Shown piece by piece: positions 39,069 through 52,300 of a stretch of DNA of 64,000 nt. The stretch comes from Styela clava (taxonomy: Eukaryota). The stretch lies in the NCBI RefSeq assembly GCF_964204865.1, contig NC_135250.1:15810001-15874000 (forward strand). Reading direction: 5' to 3'. Positions within the stretch are counted from its first letter, which is position 1. The number at the start of each line of letters is the position of its first letter. Below the pieces are notes generated by a model, which saw only the letters and a list, made by a program, of their open reading frames with translations, did not search any database and was not told where the DNA came from. The position numbers and the translations under genes were made by a program.

Positions 39069-42000
39069 CTAAAATAAAATTCGAGATCTTAATTTCACGG
39101 TATAGTACTAAATCCACCCCTTGGTCAACTACCTAAAGCTTCCAATTGTTTCGTTTCACCGCTAACTGCGTAGCTCATCGAGTTAGGAAGAAGATGACGA
39201 CGTAACTGCATGGTCACGGCTTCCAAGGTTGTAATTCTGCTCATCATTTTATACTTTCCGTAGGTCAATAAACATGTAAGTTAGACTACAAATCTCATTA
39301 AATTCCCGGGATGTAAGTTTGTATTTACGACAAGAACACGTCAATTTTCGTACTAGTGCACTCAATAAATAAACAGTAATAAAATAAACTTCTAATTGAT
39401 TTAGTGACCCCTCACGTTGAATATGCAACGTGGCTATCTTCCAAAACATTCAGGTAAATATTATTGTTGTCAATTTGCCAGAATTCCACGCGATATCACT
39501 GAGGGTATCGGGGAGTTATAAGAAAGGGTTGGAGTTGTATATTCTTGTGTTTGCATACCCCAGGCTTTTCGCAGAAACGGACAATATTTACAACCGACCA
39601 AAACGTTTTCATAGCTGTGTGTGTATTGTATTATCAGCGCCTGGTAGCCTCGGGGCAAACTTGTACTTTCCCATGTGAATTTGTACGCTACCCACGTAAA
39701 GAAATACCATCAAGTTTTACGATTGAGTCATGTCTACAATTGTTGCACTAGGTTCTGAACATGAAACCATGTTCAGCCACCCTAGTTCGATGAGGACCGA
39801 CATTGATGAACGTTTGTTCATTGTTCAAATGATATATGAATATTTACTAAATGTTGGCTTAATTTAAACTCAAGCCCTAACGCATCCAAGAAGCCTGATT
39901 ATGCTCGCCTCCACATTCTCTGAACCTGAGCCCACTAAATTCATATTTCGACAAATCAGAGATTTTTGGGTCATAGTATAAAAGAAAAAATAATATAATA
40001 AAATTACTATTTTTAATAGTGTGAGGAATACTATATTAAACTCAAATAAAAATTTAATTTTTTGAAATTTGAAGTTTCGATTCCGATAATAAGCCACAAC
40101 TGAAAAACGTTGAAAAGAAAACGAGTTAACGAGGCTTATATATAATTAAATTTATAGAGAGCAAGAATGACTGAAATATTAAAAATAGAAAAATAATGGG
40201 TGTTTCAACTGACAATTCATGTGCAATTCCTCAACAGAGAGTAAATGCTGTGAGAAATAACGTAAGGAAAGGCGTGCTAAAACAACTCTAACAAAATTAA
40301 ATAACGATTAATTAGTTGAAAATCTGTGTTTTGTGTGATTTACCCTACCTATTGTATATTTGTGCTTATCATAAATTTGGATTACTTAGTCTAGTTTTGA
40401 TCATGCTATGCATTGTTTATTTCGCGTCATTTTTGAGTCCTAAAAACGTCCTGATACACGTGTAGCATACATTTTTGCCGCAACTTTACATGGTTTATCC
40501 TACAACAAATGACTGATATGTCGCAGTATCTGTAAAGGAAATGATAACATTGGCTAGAAGATAATGTAGCCAATTGGCATCTAGCACAAAGCTTTCTATT
40601 CATATTTAAAAGTAGTCCAGGTTTTCCCATAGATTCAGAGACATGAATGTAAGGTCGCTTTAATCGATGGCATTTTGAGGGCCGCAACTGAAGTAATGAG
40701 CAATTTATCCCACTAATCTCCAGCTGAATTAGAGGCTGGAATCTCAAATCACAGGGTTGCAAACTTGTTACCTATTCCCGCATAGCAAGAAGAAAGGACA
40801 ATGATGGTCAGTATGAACAAGCTTTTTTATTGTCGTTCCTCGTCCCTGAGTTTAATATGAAAGTCATATATTATGTGTACTTTCGGTATACAATACATAA
40901 ACCTTGACTATGGAGCAATTTTGAGTTAGACCGTCAAAACAATTCTGAATATTTTGATATTGGTAAAATTACGACTAACGAATAACTATTGCTCGCATAA
41001 TTTAACCAGTGAATATATTGCGGGATAGGCCGCTAAATTATTATAATAAGTAAGAGCGAATCGATATTATTTGTCTTTAGCGCCTATATAGCTATAAAGC
41101 TAATATACCGTTCACCACGCGAGCGACCTGTTGCAGCATTAGAAAGTAGGCAAAGCAAAACCCAATATCATGCATTTCCGATTATTTGACACGTTTCTTT
41201 ATTCGTTTAATAAGTTTTGAACATTGCACGAAAATAAAAATTAATAATAACAATTTAATATCTGTAAACGCTGCAGAGTAAAATATATATTTAAATTAAA
41301 TACATGAAAAAATATGACGTTTGTGTTATACTTGCACTGACAACGGAAACGTGACAAGGCCTCAATTGCACACCTAGCAAAGCTAGTGCTAACCAGATCA
41401 ATACAAGTATGAAGTATCTGAAGCGCAAACAATGGTGGCCCGCAAATAAAATCCTAAAGCAATCACATACCGATTCCGTTGAATGATCCTTCGATCTGGG
41501 CATATTTTTAGGTTTGTAGCTCCAAACAATGGTGCAGACTTTATAACTGATAATTAAAGCTGTGTTGTGCTTAGGTATTACCGCTACCTTCCCCTCTGGA
41601 CAAAAGCCTACATACTTTGATGGACATGACGTAAAATGATATTTGGATAAATCTGATATATTCGAAGCAGCGACGCCAACACAAATCATTCAACGCGAAA
41701 TAATAAAGGTATCTACCGCTGGCAAATGTCAACCATTTTATGCCATTATCACGTACCGTGTTAGCTACCCAGCCTTTCCTAAATCTTAAGTAAACTATCG
41801 TCTCGCGCGTTGCTTAACTAGGAAAGTCTTTTTGAGGCGCATTGACGGACGGTCCGGGCCCTGTTTTAACACAAAACAAGAGAACGATGGCAATAGATTT
41901 ACCGTTCTAGAAATACTTTCCATTTCGTGGGCGTGATAAATATTAAGTTGAACTCTAGTAACTCATATATATGGCAATTTCACTGTAGGTAATATTTTAT

Positions 42001-43021
42001 TTGCGATCCACAGACGTCTGACTCTCTTGTACATCCACCGGGAGTTTGACTTAAATTCAGATAATGTCATCGACTAATTTGAGTATCGACCCCGATCCCG
42101 AAACTTTCTGATCATATTTTGCGAATTTTTTCATGTTTGCAGCTTTGCTACAAAAGTTATTAGTACTACTACAGCTTTCAATTATAATTACTTCATCTAT
42201 GATAAGACGACAAGTTGGAGACCATATTATTAGTATAATTTACAGTTTTACACCATTCGATGTAATTAATCAAGCGCAGATTTTGAAGGAAGTAGTAATT
42301 TTTCGCTTCTCAGTTCAAGCAGATCTAAAAAAGTAAACAATTGTATGATTGACTATAGCAGTGATTTTTAACCTTCGTGAGCCTGCCGAACGCTATTCCG
42401 CAATCTTGTGTCGAACCCCAAACATTTGAACTAAAATTGCAACCTGAACTTATTAGGGGTAAGCCAATTTTGTACAAATTTATAGAATATCTAACTGCCT
42501 TCAGTTGATAGAATAATATGCATTCGTTACCTTACTGTTGGGCATAGGTTTTTTTTTCGGGTTAAATTTGAAGGGCATGCTTTCTCAAGAGAGTGTCAAC
42601 CGAAAAAAACACTAGTTGTGCCATTGTTTGTGGCAGAATAGATTGCAACAAACAGTAGATTTTATTCATTCATTAAATTTATCATTGACACTTTTGCTGC
42701 TGTTTTTCGGTGACCAACTGGAAGATACAATGCTTAGTTTCAAAATGAGCACAATTTTCATGTCCTTTTCGCGAGTCGCGTTCAGTTGAGCAGGTGAAGT
42801 CATACTTCACATATTCATCAGACCAATTTCTTTTCTTGAATGACATAATTCACAAAAAAGACTCCTCGGAATTGCAAAGAGTTTTAGAAGAAAAGAAACG
42901 TTGAACCGCTCTGAAAATTGCGGTGTAATCTTAGATATCAAATCGCCGTGTTGGAATGACCATGTTATGTCACAATGGTGTCGGACGGTCCAGACCTCGT
43001 TGCCAAGAAGATGTTTTTTTT

Positions 43022-43122
43022 GGGAGCTCCAGAAGTATTGGCGCACAACCTAAAAATAGTATGTGTGTACCGGTTAGGGTTCAGCTTGTGCGAAATCTTG
43101 GTGCACATACTTCTGGAGCGCC
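43022..43122. mobile_element. Fold-back MITE (family copy 1) nested in the hAT element
   Basis: Ends gggagctccagaagtat / atacttctggagcgcc; internal ggttagggttc; inserted in a T run. Confidence 0.7.
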
Positions 43123-43686
43123 TTTTTGTTAAAAAAGTTGTGCCGATGGAAAAGCGCAAAACGGCGAAAGCGAAGTTGAAACATTGGTGATTCAGAACCT
43201 GAGATACTTTATCGAAAACATTGGTGGCTCAAGGCATACACATTACAGATTTAAACCCTGCTTTCAGATAGATATAAAAGCATTTGCCCATTGCTTCCGA
43301 ACAGAGATACGATATGTATAAGCGCTATATTAAGGTCGTCGACAGGTGTTGATATTGTCACGCAAAGCTCCGCCATGAAATATTCTATTCTGAAAATTGG
43401 AAGTTGGAAGTTAGGAAGCTTCTAAAAAATGAAGTCACACGGAGGTACATCCAAGCGCGTGACGTCTCTCATTAACGGGTCTTTATTTATCTGCGCAATA
43501 CTACACATAAATAAGCTATATTCTATAAATGATCTGAATGTTGAAATGTGGATATCTGCTTTAAATTATAGTTATTTTTGCATATTTAATTGGCTCGGAA
43601 ATATAAATACTTCGTAAAACACAACAATTTCACAGGGCCTTCGTCGAACCCCTGGTACTGCTTCACCGAACCCCAGGGGTTCGATC

Positions 43687-44285
43687 TGTAACAAATTAAC
43701 CAATAATTTGGATAATGGAAGTCAAATTCTATATAATAATTGACGTAATCGAAATATTGAAGAGATCTTTCTAGATCATTCGAAATATTGAGTCTAGATC
43801 TTTCTCGTGTATGAGAAAATGGATATTTCCCATGTCAGGTAACCTATAAACAAGTGTAATTATTGTAAGAAGGGTACCGAACATTCTAGATATGAGCAAA
43901 AATTGCTCCGTGGGAAACGAGATTTTTGGATAATAAAGAAAGGTACCGTTTTTGGCGAGCGAGATGAAAAAGATGTTACCGTTTAAATAGACATTTGATC
44001 GTGGTTTTCACGGCTTTTTCTATTTCAATTCGTTCTATACAACAATGCTAATTCATCACCGACTTGGTTTTCACGATTGTGAGTGTGTTTTATTGTAAGT
44101 AAATTTATTGTGATATATTATCCGTGGAAATAAAAATCTTTACAGGCAAATTGGTCAGATCCTTACTGTTATATAAAATTAACAGATATCTCAATTTGAA
44201 CACGTAACCTACTATATATTCTGTTTTTGGAGTCAGATACTTATCTAATTCGCTCAATTAGAAAGCAAAGACAGCAGAAGTTACA
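43687..44285. mobile_element. Solo LTR (599 bp), probably Ty3/Gypsy
   Basis: TGTAAC...GTTACA termini flanked by a 4-bp TSD gatc (43683-86, 44286-89); it interrupts the hAT motif ggggttcgatcgaaccc. Confidence 0.85.
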
Positions 44286-45514
44286 GATCGAACCCAGGTT
44301 AAAAACACTGGACTATAGGCTATATCGCCGAGAGTTTGCGACAAGAAAGCTGTAAAATACCCCTACCGAATGTATAGTTTTGTCATAAGGTCATTAAAGT
44401 TGAGTTTAAACAAAGGCATTTAATAAAATATAAAAGTACAACGCTGCAATACTTGATTTGAAGTACATCCTCAATTAGGTGAATTTGGCTCAAACCCTAT
44501 AAATGTTCACATTCTACCGAATGTCTGCAACAGGGATCGCAAGTGTGGATCGAGTATAGACGTTCCAATGAACAAAATCTCATTGGAGCATATTGCAAAC
44601 TTTAATATTATGGAATATGATTTGTTAGTTGCTTTTTATGAGATAAAATTTTTATAAGTTTACTGAAAGCGAGCTTCTATAGATTGACAGTTAAAAAGGA
44701 AAAAAAGTACAGATAGAACATTGCAAACTAATATTGCTGCGCATAAGGCTTTATTTTTATATGAGCTATACGAAGTCGCCCTATATATTGACCCAACATA
44801 ATATACTTCATAAGATTGAGCTTGTTATTGGATACGAAATGTATTGTTTTGTGATTATATTATTATGTTGTTGTTGTGAAAAATCGCTTTTCTGGACCAA
44901 TTGCTTTGAAATTGTCAATGAATAAAACTTGTTGTTGTCGCTAGAAGGCTATTACTTTCAATATTTCATTAAAATCTGTGGCTCTATGGAATTCGATTAT
45001 CACTTCGAAGTAATCAAGATTAATAACTTATAAACTGTTTGCCGTGGTTACGTTCCGTTCTGGAGGTCAGACTACCGATACTGTAAAAGATTTCATACTA
45101 ATTCGTTTTGGCTTTTGTTTCCGTATATTATTGAGCATCGCTCCCTTGTTTTCAATCAGAGTGATGGTACACATATATTTTACTGGATTGGGGGACAACC
45201 ATTCGCGAGCTTCTTTTGGTCTTTCTTTTGCTGTAATGATGATAAATGGATCATCAACACAGCCTCTTTTTAAAATTATTGATTGCTAAAAGCTGATATA
45301 CATTACGTATAATAGCATTTCTGGTACCAATTGAATATTTGTGCACGTGTAAGAAATTTTTCTGTGCTTCAAGTTTCAATATTGACGTACTCTATTCTCC
45401 ATACGCAATAATGGTGTTAACTGGGTATTAATTAGTCAAAATAAAAATTTGTGTTTAGCAGTTAATTCTTAATAAAATGAAATTTCAGAACCGAAAGAAA
45501 ACCATCGAAAAATT

Positions 45515-47332
45515 ATGAATTCGGCTGAATTTCGCTCGCTATTCTTGATAGTCATAAACTGTGTGCAGATCATTATTTCATCGAATGACATTTTTCAATG
45601 CCCAACATGTGGTTTAATTTGTGATGACAATATAGAAAATACTTTGAGCCACTTCAATATTGTTCACACATGCCAAGGGACAATGGGGGAAGTAGGCCCG
45701 GTTGGCCTGAAAGGCGAGCAGGGTAACCCAGGACCACATGGTGTATCATGCGATTGTGATGATTTCAATGAGTTACAATCTCAGCTTGAACATTTGCATG
45801 AAGACCTATTGGGTGAGTATGTAACTTGATTTGAAATCAAAACATATAGGTGCATTTTGTAACTTGTTCACATTTGTGTGTGTGAGATTGTATTATTTTT
45901 GTAAAATAGCTTTGTTGATAATGAACTTCACAAGCAACCATGAAATGAATAACTGGGCAACGATGCCTAATTGAAAATACTGAAAAGCCGTAGTAATATG
46001 GATTTTTATAACATTATACAATTTCAGAAAAAAAAATAGAAGAAAATACAATGTCGTACATAATTCTCACATTGTTATACAGTTTTAACAAATTTTAATT
46101 TCTGAACCAAACGCAAAATAGTTAGTACCTGTCTCACTGATTGAGTAAATTGAACGACGCCTGGGCCAGATAAATGTCTCATTTAAATATATGAAACAAA
46201 CACAGCGCGCGTCTGTGAGTACATCGTTGAAAGTTGGGCAGTCTCGTTGACGTAGTTATTGGAGCTTCGTATCTATATATTTGATCTTTGTTCTATTGTT
46301 TTTCCAAGAATACAAAAAATATTCTAAAACGGAGTTCTTCGAATGGAAAGAGGCTCAAAACGGACTTTGGTATCGATTATCGCAGGACCAGCTCCCCTTC
46401 GAGAGAGCAAGATCAACATGTCTAGCGGAAAACGCAAGACTGGCATCAACGGGGATTCGAAATCACACTATTAGAAAGTAATCGGTATTCTTGAAGTATG
46501 CGCACCAAGATGTCGCATAACCTGAACCCGAACCTGGTACACAACTTGAGTTCAGGTTGTGCGCCATCTTGGTGCGCTTACTTCAGGAGGTCCAAGTAAT
46601 CACTATAGTTATGTCTCATGAAAATTCAAAATGTGTATATATTGATTTCTACTTTTCAAACATTGTGAAATATAGCACTGTTAGTAAACTATATCCTCAT
46701 GCGAAACCTATTCGGCAACTCCTTTAACGTTTCCAACATTCCATATACTTTGTATGGACAAAATACTGGCATAATTTCAATTTTAAGGCTGTATTTACTA
46801 AAAAATTTATGTCTCGGCAACAGAGATTTTCGATACAAATTAAGATATTTTATATGTGTATTTTATATAGCAGTATGCTTGACTTTATTATGTGAGGAGA
46901 TGACAAAATAAAAATTCGGTTGAAATTGCCCACATTTACCTTAATAAACATTGTCATCTCCAGCGAATTATTCTTTGAAGTAGAGTAGAAAGTAATTTAA
47001 TCGTTTTGCCTAACGATAGCAAATCATCGAAGCTTTGAACTAATACGTCCTTTTTATTTATTTACAGGGAGATTCTTGTAGGAATACCCCCACTTGCCTT
47101 ATATGTGGGTTTTGATGACATCAAAGAAGAGGGGGAATGGGTTTGGTCAGATGGAGTGCATGAAGCCAAAAGACGAAAAGATACCTTGTGGCGTTACAAT
47201 GAACTTAACAATATAGGAGGAAATGAGGATTGTGCACAGATGTATATTGTTCGACAGTCTACCGGAGATGTCGTATTGAACGACGTACCGTGTTGGGTTC
47301 CAACTCGCTATGTTTGTGAATATGAGCCGTAG
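45515..47332 (+). CDS. Collectin-like C-type lectin: signal peptide, Cys-rich N-terminus, 8 Gly-X-Y triplets, coiled-coil neck, CTLD (243 aa, 3 exons)
   Basis: Exons 45515-45812, 46309-46477, 47068-47332. Collagen stretch GTMGEVGPVGLKGEQGNPGPHGVS. CTLD motifs: FERARSTC..ARLAS, YVGFDDIKEEGEWVWSDG, W..NELNN...NEDCA, LNDVPC..YVCE. Confidence 0.9.
46490..46587. mobile_element. Fold-back MITE (family copy 2), long hairpin in collectin intron 2
   Basis: tgaagtatgcgcaccaagatgtcgcataacctgaac pairs with gttcaggttgtgcgccatcttggtgcgcttacttca. Confidence 0.75.
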
Positions 47333-49319
47333 CCGATTTTTGGTAAAATGAGATAAGACTCCGTTTTTCAGGAAATTACTCCTTTATGGCATAAAAATTG
47401 TTCAATTTACAATCGACATATTCATTGATTGGAAATAAACATAGAATATTTCTTTTAGAGAACTTTTCAACTAGAACTTCTTTTAGGGTAATAACAATTA
47501 TTTCAACAATAAATACATAATAAAAATTGATTACACTGAACAGCGAACAACTTTAAAGCGGATTGCTTTTCGCCTGATTTGAAGTAATAATTGAAGTTAA
47601 AATTTAAGAAAAAGAAAAATTTAATTAAAAATTAATTTGTGAGACATTGCACGAGTTCATATTTTTAAACGTATTATATAACCTCTCGAAGTTAGGACGT
47701 TATCAATATAACTTCAAGCTTGCTTGGCGCTGCTCTTTTGAGTCCAACGATCGTTATGAACGTTAAAATTCTTAAACAGACAGAGATTCATACCGTTTCA
47801 AAGTTGCAAAATGTTATTAAGATTGAAATTCGAAAAATTCGATGTGCTTGAATATACTTAAATCTGCAAGCTAATTTGTGACGAATTTTTGTGCCCTTTT
47901 ATCTTTGTTGAAATAGGATGTTACTTAACAATCCTTCAATTCGGAATCACTGACATTTTGCTCTGTACGTTTTCAAATGAATATAACATTTGTAAATTCT
48001 ATGCTCGTTGTTATGTGATTTTTTGAATGTTCCACAATTTTTACTGAGGGTTTTATTTTTTCTCATCTTTTAAAAGTCTTCAGGCTCTCATTCGGATACT
48101 ATACTTTTGCATTGAAGCCGCGATCTGATAGGCAATTTCCTTGCTCTACTTTTAATCTGTGTCATATTATTACCAGGCGTTTGAGACAACATTCAAACAT
48201 TTATTTCAAATTGAGAAAAAGAAATAATAATCACGTGTATGTATTGTTGATAATTGTGACCAAACAATGCAAGTCACATGATGTCATGAACACATACAAT
48301 TGCGAAAAGTTTATCTGAAACAGAGACCAATCCAATTACCCAATATGAATGAAAAAAAAAACATCAAGATTCCCAACCAGCCAGAATGTTAATAGTTTTG
48401 ATATACGACGACAATATATAAAAACAACATTAAAATTGAAAACAAAACATAAGAGTATCAAAAGATTTTTTTAGTGAAATCTTTCACTTTACTTCCAAGC
48501 AAGAACTGTAGAAACCCGACTAAAATTTCACCAACATTGCAATTGGAGCGTAATTCAATTACGGTATTATAACTTTTGGTGACTTTAGAAGTAGGATTAA
48601 AACAAAATTCTAAACGCCATGAGTGATTATAAATATTTGAGGGGTAATTGAAAATTGAATCCACAAGATTTTATGAAGTTTAGTGCGGGAACCTCTTCCA
48701 GAAAAAATTTCAGTAAATGGCGCGATTTTTACATGTTTTCAAGATAAACAAAAAACTACTCATTTATTTTAATATTGCGTTGCCAAATATAAATGTATTT
48801 CCAAACGAGTTGGACTTGGTTATTTTGAATAAATACGTTACGGGATATCACGAGTGGAAAATATTATATTGATAATACAAATCACATATGAAAATGACAA
48901 TAAATGAAAAGACATCACGTTGTATTGAACGGTCACTCATAAAGGACAACACACACATACATTGACTATCTCTATACTTTTTTCTTACGTTACTAATTTT
49001 CTAAAAAGGATTCTTCATTCAAAGTGATTATTCAGCTAGAAACTACGAATGAGAAAAGTATGTGACGCGATTTATATAAACAAAAACTGTGATTCGCATT
49101 GAAAATTTTTTTTAATTCCATGTATAAAAGTAGACGATTGATATTGAATATACCAGCCTTATTTCATAATTACAAAAAGCATTCCAGTAATTACATTGAA
49201 ATATTTCAATTGATTATATTGTGTTAACAACAAGTATTACTTGTATTAGTCGTTATAGATAACATTTTAGAAAATCCTTATTTTGATTTGTCCCAACTTT
49301 TTTACTAAATTTCAACACC

Positions 49320-52300
49320 TCAGCAAATGACACACACGGCTGAGTGCCGTTCCATGTTTGCAGATTTGGTTTTTCTTTGTCTCATTGGTGAATCTTCTTG
49401 TCTAACCTCTTCCGATAATGAGATAGATTTTTTTCGTCGAATGACGGTTATTGCCTCTGGTGCAACATTTTTACGGCGTGGTCGAGAGGTGCTTTTCCCA
49501 GCTGTTCTTCTGTTAAATGATGCTTGTTCTAAGTGATAATTAGCAGAAGGATCAGACCTTATGCAAGGAGATTGTCTGACTGCGTGCTCATTTTTGAGGT
49601 GTTCATCACTGACACGATATTCCGCCTTAGAAGGGCTTATGTACGCCTTTCTTCCATCACGTTTTTGGTTGTTTTGATATTTTGTTGCAAGTATGTTGAG
49701 GGCGCCAATCGATCGGGGAGGATCAGGAAGTTCATCAGATCCGGAATCATTCTTGATCGTAGATTTTTCGACCTTTCCTCCAATTTTTCCAATTCCATTC
49801 ATTTTGTTTGTTTTGTCTGGTCCAGTTTTAGAAGGCGGAGCAGGTTGAATTGTAACAGACTTGCAAATTTCTTCTTCGTTCATCAGTTGGAGCGTAGTTG
49901 CAGGTGCTCGAGGTCTAGGAGATTTGATGTTGTCACTTACCTTAGGTTTTCCGTAAATCTCTCCTAACCTGATTGCAATTGGGCTTCTTGTTAATTCGGG
50001 TGAACTTTCTGTTTTAGACTTAGACGACATTGTTGCAAGAATGTCGATTGCTGTGTTGTCGGGCATACACTGATTGCCTTGAATGTTTCTTCGCGAAGCG
50101 CTATTTATATTTTCAACCACATCCAACCCGCCACGATTAGACTTATCGCCCGTACTGTCGGGAAAAAAGTTGTTCGGTACCTGAAATACAATGTATTCAG
50201 ACCTAAACATAGTATAACATCGCTCGACGTATTGATAGCAAGTTGTTCTACTTATGCTGGTCAGTCTACCGGGAAAGATTTTTTCCATTTATCGCAGTAT
50301 TAGAACTATGAAATAGCCTCATTCAGAAAAATGGTGATGCCTGATTGCCTGGCAAAGTAGAAATGGATTTCATGAACACGTAAAAATAGGATGTTATATA
50401 AAAATACACTTAGATGTACAAACAAACCGACAACGCCAACAGATCAGCTCACAACTTAATTCAATGGACGAAAAATAAAACTTACCTGTGTCGCACTGCT
50501 ATGGTTCAATTTTTCATCAGTGTGCATAAAATTTGTTTGTCGTCCTTTCGTCTCCGCGGGAACAGCATCTAGATTCATTTGGGATTGTTGAATCGTAGAA
50601 GCTATCACATTTAAATTATCTTTCAGGCCACGGTTTCCCTCTGTGATTTGAAGAAATGTCTTTCCCCCGTGCTGAGGTCCTATCAGTTCTGATGTGAAAT
50701 ATAATATATTTACTATTAGTAGAGATTTTCTTTTATGACAAGTCACGAATCCAATAAAAATTTTACATTGAAAAATTTGTGCCCTGAACACCACGTCTCG
50801 TTTACATGATTGTAAACGAATTCTATATAAATGTATATTCCAGGAAAGGATTTCCTTACTCATGCACCAGAATTTAGCTCAAGTTTGTTCGAATACTGTG
50901 TCATACCTGGTGGGTTGATGTCGTTTTTGCAGTGGTAATCGTATTGCAGTTTTTCTTCTTCAAACGGAATCATACCCGTGGCTTCTCCCTCTGCTTCACG
51001 TATTGCTGCAATGTGTGAATTTGACAATTTGTCAAGTTTTGATAATTGGGAGTGATGCCACGTTCACCCATGTCTAATATGCTACTAAAATCAAACTTTG
51101 AATAGTCGTTCTATAAGCTTTCTATAGACAATTCTATGGATGCGGGACGTAAACGTTTATCAAATGGTTTGCAATTGCACTAAAAAAGATAAACAATTCG
51201 GTAGTAGAATTAGTGGCAGAGGGTTAATTTGATAAAGACTAGAAATTACTCTTCACTGCTTACATCGATCGTATTTGAGGGTGATGGCGCATTGGGCTAT
51301 CGCGTCGTTAAGCGTGTAATATAACGCCATGTTATGACAATTTAAATTAGGTCTTACAATACAGTTTATGTTAAATAACGGAAAGAAAATAATATTTTTA
51401 CGGATATATACGCTAATTTATTGGGTAAATTCTGACTGGTGTAAATCGAGTAAAACACTAAATGTTTATGATGTTGCCATAGATGATTTAATATCAAATG
51501 CGAGTTTATTATAAAAAGTACTTTTCACCATTAGCATAGGATATTTACAGTCGAAAATTACTTGTTCAAAACTACAATTAAATCCTTCCCAATACATTTC
51601 TCAATATCAATCGCTACATCAGGGAATGAAATCATTTTGTGATTATTTAAGCCATAGTTATTATATACCTAATTTCACATTTTGGCATTATGAGTATTGG
51701 GTGCAAATTAGAAAAAAATTCAACTACTTACAAAGTAACATTCGACTCTCTCCACTGGTTTTGGATTGATCATAATTATATTGTCCGACAGAATGTCCCT
51801 CTTGGTAAGCGGCTATCTCTTTTGTTTGGATATCCACAATTTCTTCAAGAGCTTGTCTAAAACTCTAAAAATTATTTGAAGATATGTTCAGAAGTAAATG
51901 CTTATTTTTTTAGGAAGAGTTTGTACCGAGATCCCACGTTCACCACCACAATGTGACACATGTATCAATCATTTGAAACGGTTGTAGAAGCTGGTGGTAA
52001 AGGTTGAGAAGCAATAAAAAAACTGCTGAAAAGTTGACAGAAATTCTATTGTTTATATTTAAACTAAAGTATTAGAAACTACGTACCATTGATTTTTCTG
52101 ATTTGTAGTCATCAGGCTTCCCAGATCCTTGCTCCGATGATACCATCATCTGTGTATGCAAAGGACGATCGCAATTTGGCTGTTTCGTATGTTTTACGGC
52201 ACTACTCTCCGACTTTTTGGAATCCACGTTAGAAATGTCTAAAACTGGATGCAGAATCTTTAATGCTTTCTTTTGATCCATTGGACTAACTCCGGTAGTT

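Larger units (their letters stand above)
42359..44310. mobile_element. Non-autonomous hAT (Charlie/Buster-type) element hosting two nested insertions
   Basis: TIRs cagtgatttttaacct / aggttaaaaacactg; perfect 8-bp TSD gactatag (42351-58, 44311-18); cgaacccc subterminal repeats. Confidence 0.9.

Noticed and set aside
39748-39786. Short hairpin ending in CTAG (Helitron 3' end-like)
   Set aside because: No matching 5' end or second copy found in the window.
41291-41710. 132-aa minus-strand ORF and coding-looking plus-strand frame with stops
   Set aside because: No recognisable motif or consistent exon chain; a possible pseudogene fragment but unsupported.
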